A stretch of 64,000 nucleotides of DNA from a bacterium (GTDB lineage: Bacteria > Patescibacteriota > Minisyncoccia > Phycocordibacterales > Phycocordibacteraceae): assembly GCA_037200965.1 (NCBI GenBank), contig JBBCGK010000001.1, positions 1 through 64,000 of the forward strand, given 5' to 3'. The notes beneath the pieces are model-generated. The model worked only from the letters and a program-made list of their open reading frames with translations. It made no database searches and was not told the DNA's origin. Position numbers and translations under genes: made by a program. Below, in pieces: positions 35,814 through 45,737 of the stretch (position 1 is its first letter; every line of letters begins with the position of its first letter).

Positions 35814-36884
35814 ATGAGCCTTCGTTCGCTCCTGGCGTGCGTATTCGTCTTTCTCGTTGCCGCAGGCGCGGGCCTGCTCTGGTTTTTTAACGCCTCGGTG
35901 CTCGCGCAGCTTCCGGACCCCGTTACCCGCGACTTCGTTCTCGTCGCGGCCGCACTGTTCCTCAGTGCCTTCCTGGTCGTTATCGCGCTTGCCCTCTGGT
36001 TTATCGCCGGACGGCTCGCCCGCCCGCTTCGCCACCTTGCCCATGCGCTTGACGTGTTCGCCGAGCGCGGGGAGCGCGCGCCGCTCACGTCTTCCTCGAT
36101 GAGCCCGCGGGAAGTAAGGGTGCTCGAGCATTCTTTTACCGACCTCGCGGACAAGGTCGAGGCGGCGCACGCGCGCGATGCGCAGGTCTCGCGGGTCAAG
36201 TCCGATTTCATCACGACTGCCGCGCATCAGCTCCGTACCCCGCTCACGGGCATCCGCTGGGCGCTCGAGGCGCTCCAGCAGACGAGCCTCGGCGGGGACC
36301 AAAAGCAGCTTGTCGAGAACGCAACCACCAAGAGCAAGGAGCTTGTCGCCATCGTGAAGACCCTGCTTGACATCTCGTCGATCGAGTCCGGCAAATATAA
36401 CTACAAGGTCGAACGGGTTGATCTCGCGGCCCTCGTCGACGAAGTGGTGCGGGATTTCGCGCAGCTTTCCCTGGAGAAGAAGGTGCCGCTCCTGTATGAA
36501 GGGAGCGGGGAACAGGTGCCCCCGGTCGTCGCCGACCGCGAGCGCATCAAATGGGTCCTTACGAACCTCGTCGAGAATGCGATCCGCTACACTCCCGAAG
36601 GAGGAAGCGTGCGGCTCTTAACCGACGAGGTCCCGGGCCTCGTCCGCATTCTCGTGCGCGATACCGGCATCGGCATTCTTCCAAAGGACCGGGAGAATAT
36701 TTTCGAGCGGTTCTTCAGGGGCGGAAACGCGCTTGCCAAGGAAAACGAGGGCAACGGTCTCGGGCTCTATATCGCGCGCACCATCGCGACCGACCACGGC
36801 GGCGACCTCGCGTTTGAGGAGAACAAGGACGGGCCCGGCACCACCTTTATCTTCTCGCTTCCGATTGCGGAGGCTTCTTCATAG
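35814..36884 (+). CDS. sensor histidine kinase (TM sensor + HisKA + HATPase_c)
   Basis: Two N-terminal TM segments. H-box (AAHQLRTPLT). N, G1 and G2 boxes (NLVENAIRYT, DTGIGI, GNGLGL). Confidence 0.8.
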   Translation: MSLRSLLACVFVFLVAAGAGLLWFFNASVLAQLPDPVTRDFVLVAAALFLSAFLVVIALALWFIAGRLARPLRHLAHALDVFAERGERAPLTSSSMSPREVRVLEHSFTDLADKVEAAHARDAQVSRVKSDFITTAAHQLRTPLTGIRWALEALQQTSLGGDQKQLVENATTKSKELVAIVKTLLDISSIESGKYNYKVERVDLAALVDEVVRDFAQLSLEKKVPLLYEGSGEQVPPVVADRERIKWVLTNLVENAIRYTPEGGSVRLLTDEVPGLVRILVRDTGIGILPKDRENIFERFFRGGNALAKENEGNGLGLYIARTIATDHGGDLAFEENKDGPGTTFIFSLPIAEASS

Positions 36885-36899
36885 GCTATACTGAACGTT

Positions 36900-37277
36900 A
36901 TGGCAGATACCAAGCTCGTGCTCGTCGTCGAAGACGACCCGATCCTCAAGAACCTCCTGGGGCATACCTTCGCGGGCAAATACCAGACGCTCTATGCCTC
37001 CGACGGCAACGAAGCGCTTTCGCTTCTCGCAGAGTACAAGCCTTCGCTCATTCTCCTCGATCTTCTCCTTCCCACCATGGGCGGCTTCGAAGTGCTTGAG
37101 AAAATCCGCGCACGGACCGACGAGCTTAAAGGGACCCCGGTTATCGTCGTTTCGAACCTCGGGCAGGAAAAGGACAAGGAGCGGGCCAGGGAACTCGGTG
37201 CGAACGATTATCTCGTAAAGGCGGAGGTGTCGGTCGAAGAGATCATAGGGAAGGTCGAGGGAGTGCTGGGGAAGTAA
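36900..37277 (+). CDS. single-domain response regulator (CheY-like receiver)
   Basis: 125 aa. Receiver motifs (LVVEDD, LILLDLLLP with the phospho-acceptor Asp, conserved Lys in NDYLVK). Confidence 0.8.
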   Translation: MADTKLVLVVEDDPILKNLLGHTFAGKYQTLYASDGNEALSLLAEYKPSLILLDLLLPTMGGFEVLEKIRARTDELKGTPVIVVSNLGQEKDKERARELGANDYLVKAEVSVEEIIGKVEGVLGK

Positions 37278-37384
37278 ATTTCAAACGCACGACAGGGTGG
37301 GGTACTTGACAACGAATCAAGTCCGTTTATAGTCTGCGCAGGCCACAGCATGTATCGCGCCCCAGGCAAAGAAAGGAGCTCTCC

Positions 37385-37516
37385 CATGAGTCATGACCGG
37401 ATTATCGCACTCTTGGCTATATTTATCTCGGTCGTGAGTATAGCACTCACGTGCTATACCGCCGTGTACGAGTACTGCAGCGAGAATTCCTGTCCATGGA
37501 ATCTGCAGCACAAGTA
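37385..37516 (+). CDS. candidate 43-aa hydrophobic small protein
   Basis: ATG at 37385 preceded by AAAGGAG 6-8 nt upstream. Single TM helix with a Cys-rich tail (CSENSCPW). Below the ORF-track length cutoff. Confidence 0.25.
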
Positions 37517-37635
37517 AATACAGCCCAGTCTGCTTTTCTGACTTCACTGCAGACGAGAGAAAGGTCCGCCTCATCAGCGGACCTTTTATGCTATACTGAT
37601 CCCGTACCTGCCCCGCCTCGGGCGGGGACTCACCT

Positions 37636-40320
37636 ATGGCCACCAACCCAAAAAAGAAGCACGCGCAATTCGAAGGAGCTGACAAGCTCGTGGTGAAAGG
37701 CGCACGCACGCATAACCTCAAGGACATCGACGTGACGATGCCGCGCGGTGCGATGACGGTTATCACGGGCCTCTCGGGCTCCGGAAAGTCCTCGCTCGCT
37801 TTCGATACAATTTTCGCCGAAGGGCAGCGCCGCTATGTGGAAAGCCTTTCCGCCTATGCCCGCCAATTCCTCAACCAGATGCAGAAGCCGGACGTGGACG
37901 AGATAACCGGCCTCTCGCCCGCCATCTCCATAGACCAGAAGAGCCGTTCCAATAACCCGCGTTCGACGGTCGCGACCGTGACCGAAATATACGACTACCT
38001 GCGCGTCCTCTATGCCCGCGCGGGGCAGCCGTACTGCATCCATCACGACGTACCTATCTCGAAGCTTTCCAAGGAGGAGATGATCAAACTTATCCTTTCC
38101 CGCGCCGAAGCGCGCTCGGGATCCGCAAAAGAGGGCAAAGGAAGCGAAGTGCTCGGGGTCGCGGTTGATAAGCGGGCGATCACGATCTATGCGCCCGTCG
38201 TCGTCGGCCGCAAGGGCGAATACTATCAGCTCCTCTACGATCTTCTCGGGAAGGGATACGAGAAGGCGGTGATCGACGGCAAGACGCATTCGCTCCGGGA
38301 AAAGGTGGTGCTCGACCGCAATAAGCGCCACGACGTCGATGCGCTCGTCGACAGCATCTTCCTTACGGAGTTCATGCGAAACGGGACGGCAGCCCGCGAG
38401 CGCCTCTCCGAGGCCCTCGAGCTCGCGCTTAAGGAGAGCGACGGGCTCGTGAAGATAAAACATGCGGACGGGACGATAGAGACGCTTTCCTCGAAGTTCA
38501 TCTGTCCCGAGGACGGCGCGTCCTTCCCCGAGGTCGAGCCGCGCCTCTTCTCGTTCAACAGCCCGTATGGCGCATGTCCGAATTGTAACGGGCTGGGTAC
38601 GGCCTCGCTCTTCTCCGAAGAGCTTTGTCCGGTCTGCGAAGGGAAGCGGCTTCGTCCCGAAGCGCTTCGCGTCTATCTCTCGGGCAGGAAGAATCCGAAG
38701 ATAAACAACGGGCTCGGCATGAATGTCGTCGACTTCACGAACTTTTCGATACGCGAAGCCAAGGAATTCATGGACCACCTCGAGCTTTCCGAGATGCGCA
38801 TGGAGATCGCGCGGCCAATTATCCGCGAGATCACGAGCCGCCTCGAATTCATGTTGAACGTGGGGCTCGACTACCTTACTTTGAACCGCTCCGCGGCAAC
38901 GCTCTCGGGAGGGGAGGCCCAGCGCATCCGCCTGGCTTCCCAGCTTGGTACGGGGCTCGTGGGCGCGCTTTACGTGCTTGACGAACCCACCATCGGCCTT
39001 CACCAGCGAGATAACGACCGGCTTATTTCGACTCTGATATCGCTCAAGGAGCTCGGCAACACCATTCTTGTGGTCGAGCACGACGAAGATACGATCTTCG
39101 CTGCCGACTATATCGTCGATATCGGCCCGGGCGCCGGAGTCCATGGAGGCGACGTGGTCGTCTCCGGCTGGCTCGAGGACCTGCTTACGGCCAAGGACAA
39201 CCCGAGCGGTTCCCTGACCCTCGCCTATCTTCGCGGGGAGAAGGAGGTCGCCGTGCCCGAGGAGCGCCGCACGTCGGAGAAAGGCAAGCTCCAGATACGC
39301 GGGGCGACGCTCCATAATCTCGTGAACCAGAACGTGGACATCCCGCTCGGGAAGCTCGTCTGCATCACGGGAGTGTCCGGTTCCGGAAAGTCGACCTTCC
39401 TGTACGACATCCTTCATAAGAATCTTGCAGCGCGGCAGGCAAAGCGCGAAGCGAAGCTTTCGCATATTTCCTCGATGGCCGGAACCGAATATGTCGGCCG
39501 CACGGTTTTGATCGACCAGTCGCCGATCGGCCGGACGCCAAGAAGCAATCCGGCCACCTATACCGGCGCCTTCACCCATATCCGCGACCTCTTCTCGGCG
39601 ACCTCGGAAGCGAGGGCCAGGGGCTGGAAGCCCGGCCGCTTCTCTTTTAACGTCGCGGGCGGGCGCTGCGAGGCCTGCCAGGGGAACGGCATGATCGCGG
39701 TCGAGATGCACTTCCTTCCTACCGTATACGTCGTCTGCGACGTGTGCGAAGGGAAGCGCTTTATGAAAGAGACGCTTGAAGTGACATTCCGGGGAAAGAA
39801 TATCTACGAAGTCCTCCAGCTCACGGTCGAAGAAGCCGAAAAGTTCTTTAACGATATCCCCGCTATCGCCGACCGACTCGCTTCGCTCAATTCGACGGGG
39901 CTCGAATATCTCACGCTCGGCCAAAGCGCGACCACGCTCTCGGGGGGAGAAGCCCAGCGCGTGAAGATCGCCTCCGAGCTCTACCGGCCGATCACGATGA
40001 AGACCATCTATCTTCTCGACGAGCCCACCGTCGGCCTCCACTATGAAGACGTTCGCAAACTGATTGAAATACTCCAGGAACTCGTCCGGAGGGGGAATAC
40101 GGTGGTCGTGATCGAGCACAATCTCGATGTCATAAAATCCGCAGATTACATCATCGACTTCGGGCCGGAAGGAGGGACGGGAGGGGGGAAAGTGGTGGCG
40201 AAGGGGACGCCGGAGGAAGTCGCGGAGGCGAAGGGCTCGCATACCGGGCACTATCTTGCGAGGCTTCTGGAGAGGCATAGGAAGCAAAAGAAGAAAGACC
40301 AGGGTTCATTCCTAGTCTAA
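37636..40320 (+). CDS. uvrA: excinuclease ABC subunit A
   Basis: 894 aa. Two ABC ATPase modules (GLSGSGKSS and GVSGSGKST), ABC signatures (LSGGEAQR twice) and Zn-finger cysteines. The minus ORF 37630-40287 is its antisense shadow. Confidence 0.95.
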   Translation: MATNPKKKHAQFEGADKLVVKGARTHNLKDIDVTMPRGAMTVITGLSGSGKSSLAFDTIFAEGQRRYVESLSAYARQFLNQMQKPDVDEITGLSPAISIDQKSRSNNPRSTVATVTEIYDYLRVLYARAGQPYCIHHDVPISKLSKEEMIKLILSRAEARSGSAKEGKGSEVLGVAVDKRAITIYAPVVVGRKGEYYQLLYDLLGKGYEKAVIDGKTHSLREKVVLDRNKRHDVDALVDSIFLTEFMRNGTAARERLSEALELALKESDGLVKIKHADGTIETLSSKFICPEDGASFPEVEPRLFSFNSPYGACPNCNGLGTASLFSEELCPVCEGKRLRPEALRVYLSGRKNPKINNGLGMNVVDFTNFSIREAKEFMDHLELSEMRMEIARPIIREITSRLEFMLNVGLDYLTLNRSAATLSGGEAQRIRLASQLGTGLVGALYVLDEPTIGLHQRDNDRLISTLISLKELGNTILVVEHDEDTIFAADYIVDIGPGAGVHGGDVVVSGWLEDLLTAKDNPSGSLTLAYLRGEKEVAVPEERRTSEKGKLQIRGATLHNLVNQNVDIPLGKLVCITGVSGSGKSTFLYDILHKNLAARQAKREAKLSHISSMAGTEYVGRTVLIDQSPIGRTPRSNPATYTGAFTHIRDLFSATSEARARGWKPGRFSFNVAGGRCEACQGNGMIAVEMHFLPTVYVVCDVCEGKRFMKETLEVTFRGKNIYEVLQLTVEEAEKFFNDIPAIADRLASLNSTGLEYLTLGQSATTLSGGEAQRVKIASELYRPITMKTIYLLDEPTVGLHYEDVRKLIEILQELVRRGNTVVVIEHNLDVIKSADYIIDFGPEGGTGGGKVVAKGTPEEVAEAKGSHTGHYLARLLERHRKQKKKDQGSFLV

Positions 40321-40335
40321 TGAAAACTAACGGGC

Positions 40336-40373
40336 GGGGAGGAAGCGTCTGCTTCCTCCCCGTTACCTTTATT
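40336..40373 (+). terminator. rho-independent terminator after uvrA
   Basis: 11-bp stem GGGGAGGAAGC (40336-40346), loop GTCT, stem GCTTCCTCCCC (40351-40361), then GTTACCTTTATTT. Confidence 0.7.
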
Positions 40374-40615
40374 TGAAGGGGCCGTACAGAATGACGTATC
40401 CCAGGCTAAGCAGCCCGAGTATAGTGATAATAGGAGGCGCGAAGATAAGCGTAGCTCCAAATCTTGCACGCTCCTTCTTGTGGCGTAGATCCCTCTCCCT
40501 CTCAGGAGTTACTCCTGGTTTCATGGCACTATCCGGCGTTACCGCCGGCTCCCTATTTCACCCGACGCTTTCGGGCTCCGAAATTTATATACTATAGTAT
40601 GATACAATAGTCAAT

Positions 40616-41875
40616 ATGCAGCGCGAAGACCTGAAAAAATACGAGCTTCCCGACGTCCCCGGCGTCTATCTCTTCACCCGCGGCAAGGGCAGGTCGAAGA
40701 AGATACTCTATGTCGGCAAGGCCTCGTCGCTACGCGACCGCGTACGCTCCTATTTCGACGACGACCTGATCGCGACCAGAGGCCCCAAGCTCGTCGATAT
40801 GATTACGAGGGCCGACGGGCTCATGCACGAACCCACCCCCACGGTTCTCGAGGCGCTCGTCCGCGAGGCTGCCCTCATCCGCCACTATGATCCGCCCGCG
40901 AACACCGAAGGCAAGGACGGCAAGTCCTTCCTCTATGCCGTCATCACGGACGAGGAAACTCCCCGCGTGCTTGCGGTCCGCGGGAAGGATATCGACTTCG
41001 AAAAGCTTGTCGCGAACGGCCAGAAGCTCCGCGAGGCATACGGCCCGTTCCCATCGGGAGCACAACTTCGGGAAGCGCTCCGGCTCATCGGCCGCATCTT
41101 CCCGTTTTTCGATACCGAGCGGCCTGTTACCAGCACGGGGAAGCAGACAAGGGCGAATATCGAATTCAATACGCAGATCGGGCGCTATCCGCGCGGCATG
41201 GACCGCGCGAGCTATCTGCGCTCCATCAGGAACGTCTGCCTCTTCCTTTCGGGACGCGTGAAAACACTCAAGAAGACGCTTGAGAAGGATATGCGGCAGG
41301 CGGCGAAAGAAGAGCGGTTCGAAGATGCGGCCGTGATGCGCGGCCAGCTCTACGCGATCGATCATGTGCAGGATGTCTCGCTCATAAAGCCCGGGACCGA
41401 ATGGGTGCCGGGAACGACGAAAGCGGTCGATTCGGGACCGCGCATCGAAGCGTACGATACGGCGCATATCTCGGGGACGAACGCGATCGGCGTCCTTGTC
41501 GCGGTCGAGGGGGGTCTTCCGATAAAGAAGGACTATCGCACCTTCAAGATACGCACGGCGCGAAACGACGATATCGCCTCGCTTAAGGAAGTGCTCGGAA
41601 GGAGGCTCGGGCACCCCGAGTGGCCGCTTCCGCGGGCGATCGTGGTTGACGGCGGAAAGACGCACAAGAAAGCGGCGGAGGAGCTTTTAAAGGAAGTCGG
41701 AGTCATGATTCCGGTCGTGGCAGTGGTGAAGGACGAGAAGCACCGTCCGCGGGAGGTGCTCGGGGCGCTTCGCGCGGGCATTTCGGAAGCCGATGCGGTG
41801 CTTGCGAATTCCGAAGCGCACCGCTTTTCGCTCAACCGGCACCGGAGAGCGCGTTCCGCCGCGATGCGGAGATAG
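40616..41875 (+). CDS. uvrC: excinuclease ABC subunit C (short form lacking the C-terminal HhH domain)
   Basis: 419 aa. GIY-YIG N-terminus (PGVYLFT...LYVGKA), UvrBC-interaction region (AAVMRGQLYAID), RNase H-like C-terminal endonuclease domain (AYDTAHISGTNAIGVLVAV). Confidence 0.85.
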   Translation: MQREDLKKYELPDVPGVYLFTRGKGRSKKILYVGKASSLRDRVRSYFDDDLIATRGPKLVDMITRADGLMHEPTPTVLEALVREAALIRHYDPPANTEGKDGKSFLYAVITDEETPRVLAVRGKDIDFEKLVANGQKLREAYGPFPSGAQLREALRLIGRIFPFFDTERPVTSTGKQTRANIEFNTQIGRYPRGMDRASYLRSIRNVCLFLSGRVKTLKKTLEKDMRQAAKEERFEDAAVMRGQLYAIDHVQDVSLIKPGTEWVPGTTKAVDSGPRIEAYDTAHISGTNAIGVLVAVEGGLPIKKDYRTFKIRTARNDDIASLKEVLGRRLGHPEWPLPRAIVVDGGKTHKKAAEELLKEVGVMIPVVAVVKDEKHRPREVLGALRAGISEADAVLANSEAHRFSLNRHRRARSAAMRR

Positions 41876-41919
41876 CCCTCGCATCTTTTTGCGGCCCGCA
41901 GCTGCTATACTTTCCCCAT

Positions 41920-42888
41920 ATGCAAGGCACAGTCGTCGGAGTGCTCCGGGGAGGGCCATCAAGGGAGCATCACGTATCCCTTCGCACGGGGCACACGCTC
42001 CTTTCGAGCCTTCCTTCCGCCCGCTTTTCGGTACGCGATATCTATATCGATGTGAAGGGAGTGTGGCATGAACGAGGACGGGCCATTTCTCCCGCGGACG
42101 CGCTTCGTACGCTCGATGTTGCGCTCATAGGGCTCCACGGCGAATACGGAGAGGACGGGGAAGTGCAGCGGCTTCTCGAGCGCGCGGGCGTCCCGTATAC
42201 GGGCTCCGACGCGCTTTCTTCATTCACGGCCATGCACAAGGCGCTTTCCAAGGAGCGCGCGAAAGACATGGGGCTGCGCACTCCCGACTATCGCTATATC
42301 GAGCGGATGGAAGATATCGAGCCTATGGCGAAGGATGCCGTGCGCACGTTCATGCAGCCGGTCGTCATAAAGCCGGTGCGGTGGGGTTCGTCGATCGGCG
42401 TTTCCCTCGCGAGCGGGTATCAGGAGATTCATACGGCCGCGTCCGAGCTCTTCGGTCTCGGGGCCGACGGCGTGCTTATCGAGGAATACATCCGCGGAAC
42501 CGAAGCGACCGCGGGCGTTCTCGAAGGGCTTCGGGGCGAGCCGCTCTATGCGCTTCCTCCGGTCGAGGTCGTTCTCCCGCGCCCCGAAAGGCTCTTTTCG
42601 TTCAATACGAAATACTCCGGGGCGGCGCAGGAAACGGTTCCGGCGCGCTTCTCCAAAGCGGTTAGGGACGCGCTCGGGGACGCGGCCCGCACGGCGCACC
42701 GGGCGCTCGGGCTCCGGCATTATTCCCGCTCCGATTTCATCGTTACGCCCCGCAACATCTACTACCTCGAGACCAATTCGCTTCCCGCGATAGCGGAGGA
42801 ATCGCTCTTCGCGAAGTCGCTCAAGGCGGTCGGGGTTTCGCTTTCGGAGTTCGCGTCGCACCTGGTCGGGCTTGCTCTGAAGCGTTAG
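41920..42888 (+). CDS. ddl: D-alanine--D-alanine ligase
   Basis: 322 aa. ATP-grasp core (FMQPVVIKPVRWGSSIGVS, EEYIRGTEATAGVL). Typical Ddl N-terminus. Confidence 0.9.
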   Translation: MQGTVVGVLRGGPSREHHVSLRTGHTLLSSLPSARFSVRDIYIDVKGVWHERGRAISPADALRTLDVALIGLHGEYGEDGEVQRLLERAGVPYTGSDALSSFTAMHKALSKERAKDMGLRTPDYRYIERMEDIEPMAKDAVRTFMQPVVIKPVRWGSSIGVSLASGYQEIHTAASELFGLGADGVLIEEYIRGTEATAGVLEGLRGEPLYALPPVEVVLPRPERLFSFNTKYSGAAQETVPARFSKAVRDALGDAARTAHRALGLRHYSRSDFIVTPRNIYYLETNSLPAIAEESLFAKSLKAVGVSLSEFASHLVGLALKR

Positions 42889-42908
42889 AAACGGTACAGT
42901 CTTTCGAC

Positions 42909-42984
42909 GGGCCGTTAGCTCAGTTGGTAGAGCACCTCATTTGCAATGAGGGGGTCGCAGGTTCGAATCCTGTACGGTCCACCA
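42909..42984 (+). tRNA. tRNA-Ala(TGC) with encoded CCA
   Basis: Acceptor GGGCCGT/ACGGTCC with G3-U70 (Ala identity). D-arm GCTC-AGTTGGTAGAGC. Anticodon stem CCTCA/TGAGG with loop TTTGCAA (anticodon TGC). T-arm GCAGG-TTCGAAT-CCTGT. Discriminator A then CCA. Confidence 0.9.
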
Positions 42985-44515
42985 AATCTGATTTTTCAGC
43001 AACAACCTGCTGATTTATCTCGTAAATCCAACCTAATTTCGCGGTTCCAAAACCTGTATTTTTATCGTATCTAATTCCTTCGGGAAGGACGAGTTTTTGG
43101 AACCGCTTTTGGGCGTCTACCCCGATGCTGCTCCATGTGCGGGGCAGGTCTGAAATAAACGTGGTAGCGTAGGCTATTGCTGCTTCTATGTCGAGCTTAT
43201 CGAGGTTGTTTTCTCGAATGGTGATTTGCTTTGCGGCAATCTCATTGTCGGTCTTCTCGATAATCTCCTTGCCGAAGTCCTCGCTGACCGTGCCTTTGCG
43301 AATCATCTCTGCGTACTCGAACTTCTTTTGGCGCAGCTCCTCAAGTTCGGTTTGCTGCTGCTTGATAATATCGTCGAGTAATGAGGCATTGCTGCGCCAT
43401 ACTTCTACGACAATCTCGCTGAACAGCGCGAGGAACCCTTGCTTTGGAGTGATAGTGCCAAGCCATGCAAGAAAGTCTGTGTGCATCTTTTCTTGCGAAA
43501 TGTTCTTGGCATACATGGGGCACTGCTTATTGTGGCAATGGTAGTAAGAATAAACGCCGCCGTTGCCGCGCGGATGACTGCCACTCAACCCGATACTGCA
43601 AGCGGCGCAGCGTACGTCCCTTGTGAGCGGGAAATCGGGGTGATTCTTGAGCTTCTTGATGACCTTCGGAACCTTTCCTTTGCGGATAAGCTGTACCTGG
43701 ATAAACTCCTCGGGCGTAATCATCGCCTGGTGCTTACCCTCGACTTCTTTGCCCGTGAACGGATTGAGGATGATGCCCGCATAGAACTTATTGGAAAGAA
43801 TCTCGTCAATCTTCTGCGGATAGATTTTGCGGCCTCGCAGCGTCGTGAGACCCCATTGGTTTGCGAGCTTTGCCAGCTCGACGTTGCCACTCACTTTCTT
43901 CTCAAGACAGGCACGGAAAAGCGCCTGAATTATCGGGAAGCGCTTTGGGTCTGGGTCATCGGCTTCCGTCTTTTTCATGCCGCGCCTCTTGAATTGCTTG
44001 CAGGTATAGCCAAGCGGCGACTTCCAGGGATAGATACCCTGATTTATCTTCTCGCTCATACCATCAGAGCACTGCTGCTTCCTGATAGCGTTCTCATAGT
44101 CCGCTGATGCGGCCGCAACCGTCTCGACTAGTTTCTCAATCGGCTTATTGCCGATAGGTTCGGTAACGGAAAGAAGTGTCGTCCCATAACCGGACAACTT
44201 CTTTCTTATAAAGAAATGGTCTTCTGTGCTGCGAGAAAATCTGTTGACACGAAGCACTAGGAACGCATGAATCTGGCCGTTGTGCTTGCGGCAGAACTCG
44301 ATGGCTCTCAAGAACTCTTTTCGATTATTGAGCGATAGGTCTTTTGCTGATTGCCCTTCCTCTCGGAATACTTCGACGACTTCATAGCTGTTGCGCTCGC
44401 AATACCTCCTGCACTCTGCCTCCTGAAACTCCAAGCTCGTACCGTCAACCTGCTCGTCGGATGAGACGCGCACGTAGATGATTGCTTTTCTTGTTGTGGA
44501 AGTTTTCATGCTCAT
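42920..44515 (-). CDS. large serine recombinase (integrase)
   Basis: 531 aa. N-terminal resolvase catalytic domain (AIIYVRVSSDEQ), recombinase domain, Zn-ribbon (CAACS...CHNKQC) and a coiled-coil. The last ~19 codons (GFEPATPSLQMRCSTN) are read from tRNA-Ala sequence. Confidence 0.8.
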   Translation of the reverse strand: MSMKTSTTRKAIIYVRVSSDEQVDGTSLEFQEAECRRYCERNSYEVVEVFREEGQSAKDLSLNNRKEFLRAIEFCRKHNGQIHAFLVLRVNRFSRSTEDHFFIRKKLSGYGTTLLSVTEPIGNKPIEKLVETVAAASADYENAIRKQQCSDGMSEKINQGIYPWKSPLGYTCKQFKRRGMKKTEADDPDPKRFPIIQALFRACLEKKVSGNVELAKLANQWGLTTLRGRKIYPQKIDEILSNKFYAGIILNPFTGKEVEGKHQAMITPEEFIQVQLIRKGKVPKVIKKLKNHPDFPLTRDVRCAACSIGLSGSHPRGNGGVYSYYHCHNKQCPMYAKNISQEKMHTDFLAWLGTITPKQGFLALFSEIVVEVWRSNASLLDDIIKQQQTELEELRQKKFEYAEMIRKGTVSEDFGKEIIEKTDNEIAAKQITIRENNLDKLDIEAAIAYATTFISDLPRTWSSIGVDAQKRFQKLVLPEGIRYDKNTGFGTAKLGWIYEINQQVVAEKSDLVDRTGFEPATPSLQMRCSTN

Positions 44516-44520
44516 GTGTT

Positions 44521-45417
44521 TTATGTTAGGCGGTTCACTGCATCGCGGAGACCAGCATCGCTGACGTGCAGATAGCGGCTCGTGGTCTCCAGCTTTGAGT
44601 GGCCGAGAAGATTCTTGATAGCAAAGAGGTCAACACCGTTGGTCAAAAGCGAAACACTGAACGTATGACGCAGCGAGTGAACACCTACGTGCTCCTTCTT
44701 GATACCTGCTTTCTTGATGTAGTGCTTGATAAGGTGGTATACGCTGCCGGTGCTCAATCCATTGCCAAGCCGACTGATAAAGAGATATGGCACATCGGTC
44801 TCCGGCCGCTTTTCGAGATGCTTGCGCAATACCTCGACTACCACGCAGTTGAGCGGGATAGTGCGTTCTTTATCTCCCTTACCGCGCACCTTGATGGTGG
44901 GCTGCGCCGAATCAAGACTGACGCTGGTGAGCTTGAGCCCTACCAACTCGGAGAGACGGACACCCGTATTGAGGAATGTGATGACAATGGCGAGGTCGCG
45001 TGCAAGGTAAAACGGTGTTGCGGTGCGCTTTACGGCAGCAATCAGCGCTTCGTATTCTTCTTTGGTCAAATAGCTCGGCTCCTTGTGCGGTAGCTTCGGA
45101 GTCTCAACTTCGGCGGCAGGATTTATCGTAAGAGCATCAAACTGCACCAGGTATTTGAAAAAGGATTTTATTGAGGAGAGCTTGCGGGCGCGGGTTACGG
45201 CGCTGTTCGGCTTCTTGATGCCGTTATGCGTGAGTTCCGAGAGGAAGGCGCGGACATCATCACGCGATACTTTCTTGATATTGCTTTTGCCGCGCGACTC
45301 CAAAAACTCGGTGAACTTTTCCAAGTCAAGTCGATATGCAGCCATCGTACGCACCGATGCGTTTTTGTCGCTGTGAAGGTAATTGATGAATTGTGAGATA
45401 TAATTCTGCATAATCAT
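44521..45417 (-). CDS. tyrosine recombinase (XerC/XerD-like phage integrase family)
   Basis: 298 aa. N-terminal SAM-like domain. Catalytic R...HxxR...Y (HSLRHTF, LGHSKLETTSRYLH). Confidence 0.85.
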   Translation of the reverse strand: MIMQNYISQFINYLHSDKNASVRTMAAYRLDLEKFTEFLESRGKSNIKKVSRDDVRAFLSELTHNGIKKPNSAVTRARKLSSIKSFFKYLVQFDALTINPAAEVETPKLPHKEPSYLTKEEYEALIAAVKRTATPFYLARDLAIVITFLNTGVRLSELVGLKLTSVSLDSAQPTIKVRGKGDKERTIPLNCVVVEVLRKHLEKRPETDVPYLFISRLGNGLSTGSVYHLIKHYIKKAGIKKEHVGVHSLRHTFSVSLLTNGVDLFAIKNLLGHSKLETTSRYLHVSDAGLRDAVNRLT

Positions 45418-45737
45418 TTTTGAGGCGGAAACTGCTCGACAAGAGCTGCGGGCAAGCGTTCGACCAACTCCTTCCGTACCAAAAGCGCATCTTCATCACC
45501 GCGCGAATCAACGCCAAGCGTAATGCTCGTGCCGAAGCAGTGCACGCCACGCTGATTTATGCAGACGAATCCTGCGGCGAGCGCTAATGCTGGCGACTCG
45601 ACCACGCTGCTGTGCAATATTTCACTGTCGAACACGAGAGCTTTCCCTGCGGTAGTGACGACGTACTTCATGGGGATGCGTCCAGCGATGAAGTCCTCCC
45701 ATTCTTTTGTTTTTGATGTGTCGTATTCCATAGTCAT
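45414..45737 (-). CDS. hypothetical protein
   Basis: 107-aa ORF overlapping the tyrosine recombinase start by 4 nt (operon). Confidence 0.4.
   Translation of the reverse strand: MTMEYDTSKTKEWEDFIAGRIPMKYVVTTAGKALVFDSEILHSSVVESPALALAAGFVCINQRGVHCFGTSITLGVDSRGDEDALLVRKELVERLPAALVEQFPPQK

Noticed and set aside
37630-40287. 885-aa minus-strand ORF
   Set aside because: Antisense to uvrA, whose two ABC modules are unmistakable on the plus strand.
40730-41665. 311-aa minus-strand ORF
   Set aside because: Antisense to uvrC.
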